Shown here: positions 56,011-64,000 of the stretch, piece by piece
Numbering within the stretch: position 1 is the first letter of the stretch
How the letters are laid out: the number at the start of each line of letters is the position of its first letter
NCBI RefSeq assembly: GCF_006345805.1
Contig: NW_021833230.1
Location: forward strand, 17,697-81,696
Origin: Octopus sinensis
Lineage: Eukaryota
Direction of reading: 5' to 3'
Length of the DNA stretch: 64,000 nt
Notes under the pieces: generated by a model
Told to the model about the DNA's origin: nothing
Database searches by the model: none
What the model saw: the letters and a program-made list of their open reading frames with translations, nothing else
Made by a program: the position numbers and the translations under genes

Positions 56011-56122
56011 CCTCCTTCTTCCCTTCTTTCATGAGCGTCCAATAATACTATATTTGTTTCACGTCCTCGCGTTGTTGTGTTTTTTTGTGCTTTCTTGTTT
56101 GGATTAACTTTATATGTATATG

Positions 56123-56154
<32 letters not shown>

Positions 56155-56589
56155 TGTATGTATGTATGTATGTATGTATGTATGTATACACACAAACACA
56201 TACCCGGTAGCAAAATACTATCGTATAAACATGCAAAATGAGCGTTGTTTATTAATGTTTAAACGTTTACTCAGGGCAAAGAAAATGAGAAAGAGAGCAA
56301 AATAAATAGATAGATAAATAAATAAATAAATAAATAAACAAAATAAAAATACTTACAAAAAGAAAAAAAAACTCACACGAGAAAAAAAAACGATGAGAAA
56401 GAAAATGAAATCCCACTAAAAAAAAATATAAGAACCCCCTATTTAGCGTTTAAAAGAACACACAATGATGTATTTATATCAAAACTGGAAACATTTAACA
56501 AGTTTTCTTTCATTAATTTAATAAACTGTACTCAATAATCTCATTTTTCATTTTAAACACCGTTTCACTTAATATGTGATTTTTCTCTC

Positions 56590-57664
56590 TCAAGTTCTTG
56601 TTTTTCGTTGTTTCTTTTCTGTCCTTCTTCCTTTATTTTTGTCGTCTGTTTTTACTCGGTCTTTCTTTCTTTCTTTTAATCTTCCCCCCTCATTTTTTGT
56701 TATATTTGTTTTGCATCTTTCTCTTTCTTTTAATTTGTCTCATTTTCTCTCCTCTATATTTCTTTCTTTTTTTTTATCTACAACTTTCTTTCTTTTCTCT
56801 CTCTCTATCGCGCTCGCTCTTCTCTACCTCTCGTTGAATCCGAGTTTATTCTGTATTCCTTCTCATTCTCTCCCTCTCATTCTCTCCCTCTCATTTTCTC
56901 TCATTCTCTTTCCCTTTCTCTCCTCCCCTCCTTTCTCTCTCTCTCTCTGTCTCTCTCTGTCCCTGTCTCTATCTACCTCTCTCTTTCTCTACCCTGTCTC
57001 TTTCTCTCTCCTACCCTGTCACTTTCTAACTTTCCATCATTTAATATTCTTTCTTCCTAAATTAAAACAAATATATAAATTAAAAAAGTAAAATTAAAAA
57101 AAGACATAAATTAGAAAGAATGCTCTCTCTCTCTTTGTCTCTCTCTCTCTCTCTCTCAGTCCCTCTCTCTCTCTCTCACGCCCTATCACCCTCTCTAATT
57201 CTCGTCACACACTCATGTTTTTCACTTTCTCACTCTTTCTTGTTTTTTCAATCTCACCATCTCTCTTCGATATTCTATCACCGCTACACTCTCTCTCTCA
57301 AGTACATTCTATTCCCCTCTCTCTTTCCTCCCTTCCTTCCTTTTTCTTCTTCTTCTTCTTCTTCTTCTTCTTCTTCTTTTCTTCTTCTTCTTTTTCTTCT
57401 TCTCTTCTTCTCCTTCTTCTTTTTCTTCTTCTTCTCCTCTCCTTCTCCTCCTCCACCACCACCTCCTCCTCCTCCTCCTCCTCCTCCTCCTCCTCCTCCT
57501 CCTCCTCCTCCCTCCTCCTCCTCCTCCTCCTCCCTCTATTCCTTATCTTCTTATTTTTTTCTTCTTTTTTTTCTTTCTTCTCTTCTTCTTCTTCTTCTTC
57601 TTCTAATCTCTCCCCACGTTTCTCGTGTCATGACCTCTTCTTACCTCTTTAGATCTCTCTTTCG

Positions 57665-57697
<33 letters not shown>

Positions 57698-58420
57698 CCT
57701 CTCTCTCTCTCTTTCTCTCATTTTCCTCATTCTGTTTCTTCATTATCTCTTTTGCCGTCTCACTCCAACGCTCTCTCTGTCTCAATCTCTCTTTCATCGT
57801 AATCTCTCAGTCTTTCTAATTTTTCTCTCTCCCTCAATCTCTCTCTCACTTCTCTCTCTCCCCCTAACACTATCCCCGTCTACTTTCCATCTTTTTCTCA
57901 CAACCCCCTATTTCTCTCTCCTCTAACACTTCTAACACTAACACTCTAAACTCTGTCGCCGTTTTCTTCCCACCTTTTTCTCTCTCTCCCTCAATCTCTC
58001 TCTCCTTCAATCCCTCTCTCCCTCAATCTCTCTCTCCCTCAATCTCTCTCTCCCTCAATATCTCTCTCCCTCAGTCTCTCTCTCCTTCAATCTCTCTCTC
58101 ACTCAATCTCTCTCTCCCTCAATCTCTCTCTCCCTCAATCTCTCTCTCCCTCAGTCTCTCTCTCCTTCAATCTCTCTGTCTCTCAATCTCTGTCTCTCTC
58201 TCAATCTCTCTCTCTCTCACTCAATCTCTCTCTCTCACTCAATCTCTCTCTCCCTCAATCTCTCTCTCCCTCAATCCCTCCCTCCCTCAATCCATCTCTC
58301 CCTCAATCTCTCTCTCTATCTCTCCCTCTCTCCTAACGCCTTTCCTGTCTTCTCCCCATCTTTTCCTCTATCCCTCAATCTCTTCCCGTCTCTACTTTTC
58401 TTCTGTGTCTCACCTCTGTC
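56590..58420. repeat. Polypyrimidine tract with (TCT)n, (CCT)n and a ~16-nt minisatellite
   Basis: About 20 units of CTCTCTCTCCCTCAAT at ~57980-58318. Confidence 0.92.
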
Positions 58421-59044
58421 TCCCTCCTACCAATAACCAATTGGACTTCTGAGCAACGGGAAAGCAATAGGGTGTTTAAGAAAGATAAATTAAGCAGCAT
58501 AGCTGTAGGACATCTGCATTACAAAACCGGTTAGAAAATTTGCAGACGAATGAAATGACTTAATTGCAAGGGAATTGCAGGGGAATTGCAGATGGAAACT
58601 CAGCAACCATGGTTTTCGATTAATCACCTCTTTATCTGCCAGTGATAACAACTCCTAATCGAATTAAGTAACAATTATGAAAAGTCTTGTGTAAAGTTAG
58701 TAATAGTGACGAACATCGTCAACTTGTAACAACAACACGCCGAGGGCGAATCGAAACCAAACAGTACAAGACAGTAGTGTACGATAGTAACGCACGCGCA
58801 AACACACACACATCTGTAGGTATGTATGCATGTATGTATAAATGTATGAACATGTATGAATATAAATGTATGTATGTATGTGTGTATATATATATATACA
58901 TTTATATATTACATATATATATATATATATATACACATACATACATACATACATACATACATACATACATACATACATGATTTTCGCCATGATAGATCGC
59001 TAGCCACTACACATTATTTTCTCTCCTTGTTTCTTTCTGTATTC

Positions 59045-59080
59045 CTTTCTGTGGAAGAGCGTAGGCTCGAAATGTTAAAG
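59045..59080 (+). ncRNA. Minimal hammerhead-like motif (core CUGUGGA) in a short element (~58980-59173)
   Basis: CTTT-CTGTGGA-A-GAGC-GTAG-GCTC-GAAA-TG-TT-AAAG. Confidence 0.62.
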
Positions 59081-59245
59081 ACTTTTTCACTTCCCGAGCG
59101 TTATACTAATACATCTGTTTGTTGTCTACACCACCTGTCTTCGTCTTTTGCTTTTTTTTGTGAATTCTCCCTATAATATATATATATATATACATACATA
59201 TATACATATATACATATATATATAAGTATCTATGTATGTATATAC

Positions 59246-59317
<72 letters not shown>

Positions 59318-59319
<2 letters not shown>

Positions 59320-59625
59320 CTTAGAATAACTTAGAAAGGTTTTGGCCAGTATTGGCCCAGGCCATGTCTAACTTAATAGCACCACCTGGCGAAGTCTTTC
59401 AGTTCAGGATTTGGGCACCAAGGCCCATTCGAGCAGAGAGTTATTGTTTGCGGAGACATATCCTCCGGGTGTGGGTGGTTTGTCCGGTTACTGTTTGAAG
59501 GAATTTGTCCAAAGTCTACTTGAATTTTGTGTGGTCAGTTTCTTTTTTGACGTGCCCTGTGTAATGTTGAAGGAGCAGGTCCAATTGAGGTGAATAGTTG
59601 TGCCGTATTGTCGTTATGTGATGCG

Positions 59626-59626
<1 letters not shown>
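59318..59626 (-). mobile_element. CR1/L2-group LINE 3' end inserted in (TA)n
   Basis: [62 protein letters not shown], then a short 3' UTR and a TTCTAAGTTA x2 tail. Confidence 0.85.
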
Positions 59627-59662
<36 letters not shown>

Positions 59663-59715
59663 CTATATATATATATATTTATATATATATATATGTATAT
59701 ACATACATAGATACT

Positions 59716-59753
<38 letters not shown>

Positions 59754-60088
59754 TATTATATATATATTATATATTATATATATAATATATATATATATAT
59801 ATGCATATATATATATGTATATGTGAGCGTGTGTGTGTGTGTGTGTGCATGTATGGATTATGGATGTGAACAGAAGGAGAAACGTCGATTGAATAAATGG
59901 ATAGAATGACAAGAAGGAAAAGGAAAGAAGGAAAGGAAGAGATGGAGAAGAAAAGGTGTGAAAAAGAAGAAAAAAAAGAAAGAATGAAACGAAGGAAGAA
60001 TAGAGGAAAACATAAAGGTGGCGGGAGTGAAACGGAAGAGAAAAGAAAAAGGGGGGAAAATACATGTATAGCTTAAAGAGGAAGAAAC

Positions 60089-60346
60089 TTATTCAGGTCT
60101 CTGCAGAATAGTCTTAATGGTAAAAATTCCAATTCCTTGGATGATGTAAAAAGATACCTTGATGAATTCTTTGCCATGAAACCATCTCAGTTCTGGGAAG
60201 AGGGTATTTTCAATTTAAAGAAAAGATGGAGACGCATTGTGCAACAAAATGGTTCATATTTAGTTGATTAAAAATGTAATGGCAAGTATTTATTGGCCTT
60301 TTTCTTTCCTTTAAAAATCAGCACGAACTTTCCGAACAACCCAATA
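60089..60346 (+). mobile_element. mariner transposon 3' remnant with right TIR
   Basis: LFRSLQNSLNGKNSNSLDDVKRYLDEFFAMKPSQFWEEGIF/LKERWRRIVQQNGSYLVD*. Ends CACGAACTTTCCGAACAACCCAATA. Confidence 0.92.
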
Positions 60347-62516
60347 CAAATTGGTTTTGTATGAACAATTTATATCAGTAGAGTGCTGAACACTCACTTT
60401 CACACTCTTCCCTGTTTAGTTGCTTTGTTTTACGGACACGACGAAGAGACATAGGAAGTAGTTTGTCCAGTAGAAATCATGTTTCTGGGCAGTGGAACGG
60501 CATTTCATCCTGTCTGTTTTCGGTTGTTCTAAAACTAACGAACATCAGTCATATGATTCAAGTCTTCATTTGGATGACTCTTGCCATTTCCAATTGACTA
60601 TATCAGAGTTTTCTGTTGAAGGATTTATAAAATGTGCAATTACGTAGATTTTTCTGCAAAAAATCTTCTTATTAGCTTGATTAAAAGGTGTTGTTTGGTT
60701 GGAACTATCTCCCTTCTTTTCCGTGAACTTTTTAAAGTTCGGAGTGGCAACGACTTTAGTGCAGTGGTAAGTTGCAAGTAGAACAGAAATAAGGACATAT
60801 GTTCAGTTCTCGCTTTGAGACAATTCACTTTTCTTACTCTTCTATGACTGCAAATGGTAACCAGTGAGAAAAATGTGTGCGTGTGTGCGCGCGCGTGTAG
60901 TGTGTGTGTACGTGTGTGTTAGTGGGTGAGGGTGAGAGGATGAGTGAGAGGAGAATGTTTTGTGTCCAGAAGACTCATTACTTTTCTAGATAAGTCAGAC
61001 ATATTTAGGAGCTAACTATTTGAAGAAAAGTGTTTTGTTACGATCGACAGGAAAATTTGCTCGCGATAGAATAACAAAGAAGAGATGCTTAAAAGAATAA
61101 ACGTATTTCTGTTTCATTTTACATATTTATATTTCATTCTGCTTTCCATAAAACTAAGTACTATAACTAAGGGTATTGTGATTAGGTCGTCTTGGTTGTT
61201 CGAAACGTTTTTGGCCTTCACATGAAAACAGGCCTTTGTCTCAGCTTTGTCTCAACTCACCTACACACACTTTGATATTTTAGATTACTTGAAACAATCA
61301 ATCACATTTACACATGCTGATTAAATACTCCGTTCTTTCGGATGTTTTCATGACATAAGTCTAGCCCAATAGTGATAGCTTTAACCAATCAACATCAAAT
61401 TCCTGGAACGTATAACTTTCAGTTAATGTAATAACAACAGCAGCAGCAGCAGCAGCCGCAACAATGACAAAAAAAAAAGAAAAGAAAAAGAAAGAAAGAA
61501 ACAGCAACGAAAGTTGTCTTATATTGCTAGGTCTTATCCCTATAAGTGGATAGCTTTTTTTTCGTCCGGCTTTATAAAATCTACAATAAACGCTGAATGC
61601 TCTGAACGGTCATCACATGAATTTCGTTGACAAATAAATAGATAAATAAATAAAGTTAAAATATACAATTAATTTCTATCATCCCCGTCCGAAGAACAAT
61701 CTTAAAAGCTATAACACTGAACGAAAGTTTCACAAAATATACACTTTCCAAGTGTTTTTTTTAATCTTCTTTTTACCCTAGGTGCCAATGGCAAGAAATT
61801 ATCACGCGTCTCTCAACGCTGAATACATGAAAGTACCATATATTTAATCTTTTTCTTTTATATATGGCAATAAAAAGATGAGTATTTTCCGTGAGTCAGT
61901 CAAATGTCGATGTACTGATTATTAATAGTAGCTTGATGTATTTCGAACATTTTTGATTATAAATTGTTCTGCTACCACTCTTCTTCAATGGTTTAAAAAT
62001 AGGAACTATGATGCTTAAAGTTACGATTCGAGAATGTTCTGCTTGAAATTTTTGGGGAGGGGATAATCTGTTATACAGGCCCCAGTATTCACGGGTCTTT
62101 CATTTCATTGGTCCCAAATGAATGAAGTACAAAATTGACCTCGACAACACTTCAAGTCAAAGCACAAAGCAAAGGTAATAGTAAGACAATACAAACTGGG
62201 CTATAATAAATCTGCTAATCTAACGGCCTTTGATTGTACGGATTACTAATTTAGGCACAGGGCCAGATATTTTATGATAAGGTGGAGGATTGTCGATGCC
62301 ACCAATTCCAGAATTTGACTGGTATTTTAGCCCCCAAAGCGCTGAATGGCAAAATTGACCCCAAGGGAATCTGATGCTCTAATGCGCTTATAGAAATGGA
62401 GTAAAAAAACGGGAGCGATTACAGATAGTAGATGAGGAGTTACATATTAATTTATTTATCAGAAGACAGGTGGTGTAGACAGATGTATTAGTATAACGCT
62501 CGGGAAGTGAAAAAGT

Positions 62517-62552
62517 CTTTAACGTTTCGAGCGTACGCTCTTCCACAGAAAG
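62517..62552 (-). ncRNA. Minimal hammerhead-like motif (core CUGUGGA) in a short element (~62460-62620)
   Basis: Minus strand CTTT-CTGTGGA-A-GAGC-GTAC-GCTC-GAAA-CG-TT-AAAG. Inverse paralogue of 58980-59173. Confidence 0.65.
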
Positions 62553-62699
62553 GAACACAGAAGGAAACAAGGAGAGAAAAAAAGGAATATGCAGTGGCTA
62601 GCGATCTATCATGGCGAATATATATGTGCTTGTGTATGTGTATGTGTGTATATATATATATAGATATATACAAATATATGTATATATATATATACATAC

Positions 62700-62775
<76 letters not shown>

Positions 62776-62943
62776 AACGTAAAGTATACTAGCCATCTCA
62801 ATATGGCTAACCACTAAGGGTGGGTGTTACTGTAGCTTTTAGCCCCAGGAGATCATCGTCTCCAGCTGGCTTTAGGCACTCTTTCTGTGCTCTTATGGTA
62901 TTTGCAAAGGGAGGTCATCCCTCTCTCGTAAACCTAAGTGATA

Positions 62944-62988
62944 CTCACGGACTGCAGTTTCGAGGTATTTGCCTCTTGTCAACGTACG
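62944..62988 (-). ncRNA. Minimal type-I hammerhead (U3-A8 core), element B left arm
   Basis: Minus strand CGTACG-TTGACAA-GAGG-CAAATA-CCTC-GAAA-CTGCAG-TC-CGTGAG. Confidence 0.82.
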
Positions 62989-63324
62989 GTAATCACCGGT
63001 TTTCGATGAAGAGAGATCTGTTTGCGAATATCTATTTAATGTTTCGAAAAACTGTCTGCAAGCAATAATAAATCTCTGAATCAGATGTAAACAGTAACCG
63101 CTCGACAACGTAAAGCATACTAGCTATCTCAATATGGCTAACCACTAAGGGTGGGTGTTACTGTAGTTTTTACTCCCGGGAGGTCATCGTCTCCAGCTGG
63201 CTTTAGGCAGAGATTTATTATTGCTTGCAGACAGTTTTTCGAAATCAGTGACAGTGGTTACTGTGAAAAACATTAAATAGATATTCGCAAACAGGTCTTC
63301 TTTTCGTCGTAAACCGGTGATTAC

Positions 63325-63369
63325 CGTACGTTGACAAGAGGCAAATACCTCGAAACTGCAGTCCGTGCG
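63325..63369 (+). ncRNA. Minimal type-I hammerhead (U3-A8 core), element B right arm
   Basis: CGTACG-TTGACAA-GAGG-CAAATA-CCTC-GAAA-CTGCAG-TC-CGTGCG. Six-bp stem I, 4-bp stem II and palindromic CUGCAG. Predicted cut after 63363. Confidence 0.85.
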
Positions 63370-64000
63370 TATCACTTAGGTTTACGAGAGGGGATGAACT
63401 CCCTTTGCAAATATCATAAGGGCACAGAAAGTGTGCCTAAAGCCAGCTGGAGACGATGATCTCCTGGGGCTAAAAGCTACAGTAACACCCACCCTTAGTG
63501 GTTAGCCATATAGAGACGGCTAGTATACTTTACGTTGTCGAGCGTTACTGTTTACATCTCGTTCAGAGATTTATTATTGCTATATATATATATATAAGAT
63601 AGAGTGTACACTTAAACACATTAAGAGGTTTCCATCATAAGAATCCTTTATGCTAGAAAGAACAGCTAAAGTCCAAAGGGTATGAAAAATAAAACATTTA
63701 CCATCTCTTTCCTGGACCATGGTTTCTGACTTATTCTAGTAAATAAAATAATTTACTATGGTGAAGTCTTCATCAACAGGGACGCGAAGATTAAATATAT
63801 GAACACGAGGCCAATCCAGCAAGGGCCTCTTGTTTATATATTTTAATTTTTTTCAAACCCACTGCGCAAGCGCAGTCTATTTTGTCGGCAGTAAAAGAAA
63901 AAAAAATGCCGGCAATTTCTTCGAACGAATCTACCAGAAATCATTATTAGAAAGTTTTAAAATTTCTAAAATCTGTATTACCCTAATATTATTAATTACA

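Larger units (their letters stand above)
62776..63580. mobile_element. Non-autonomous PLE/retrozyme-like element B: 1.3 inverted monomers + 1.05 monomers including a 44-nt tail
   Basis: Left arm 62776-63209 has period 331. Right arm 63208-63580 has period 356 because of a ~25-nt insertion. (TA)n on both sides. Homologous to element A. Confidence 0.88.

Noticed and set aside
63861-63876. ACTGCGCAAGCGCAGT palindrome (NRF1-like site)
   Set aside because: It is a single short motif near the window edge with no gene context, and could equally belong to a transposon end.

Overview
This is eukaryotic, repeat-dominated DNA with no convincing intact protein-coding gene. It is most likely intergenic or intronic sequence from a coleoid cephalopod such as Octopus, inferred from a mollusc-type 5S sequence, the SINE set and the extreme microsatellite load. 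Almost every ORF in the track is a translation of simple repeats. Supported content: a 5.4-kb CAC/CAT/CAG low-complexity tract; three tRNA-derived SINE families, including TSD-bounded dimers and a trimer; fossil RTE, CR1-type and Penelope-like (PLE) retroelement fragments; a DD37D maT and a mariner remnant; and a solitary 5S rRNA copy nested with a SINE in a hAT-like MITE. The best signal is two diverged ~0.8-kb non-coding elements embedded in (TA)n (48707-49526 and 62776-63580). Each is built from a ~330-360-nt monomer arranged as inverted arm + partial tandem + 44-45-nt tail, with covarying stems and one minimal type-I hammerhead ribozyme per arm; one element has a U3-A8 compensatory core. 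A second short family carries hammerhead-like motifs with non-canonical cores. Together these look like non-autonomous, PLE-mobilised, retrozyme-like RNA elements. All family assignments come from reading the sequence and recalled motifs; no database search was run.
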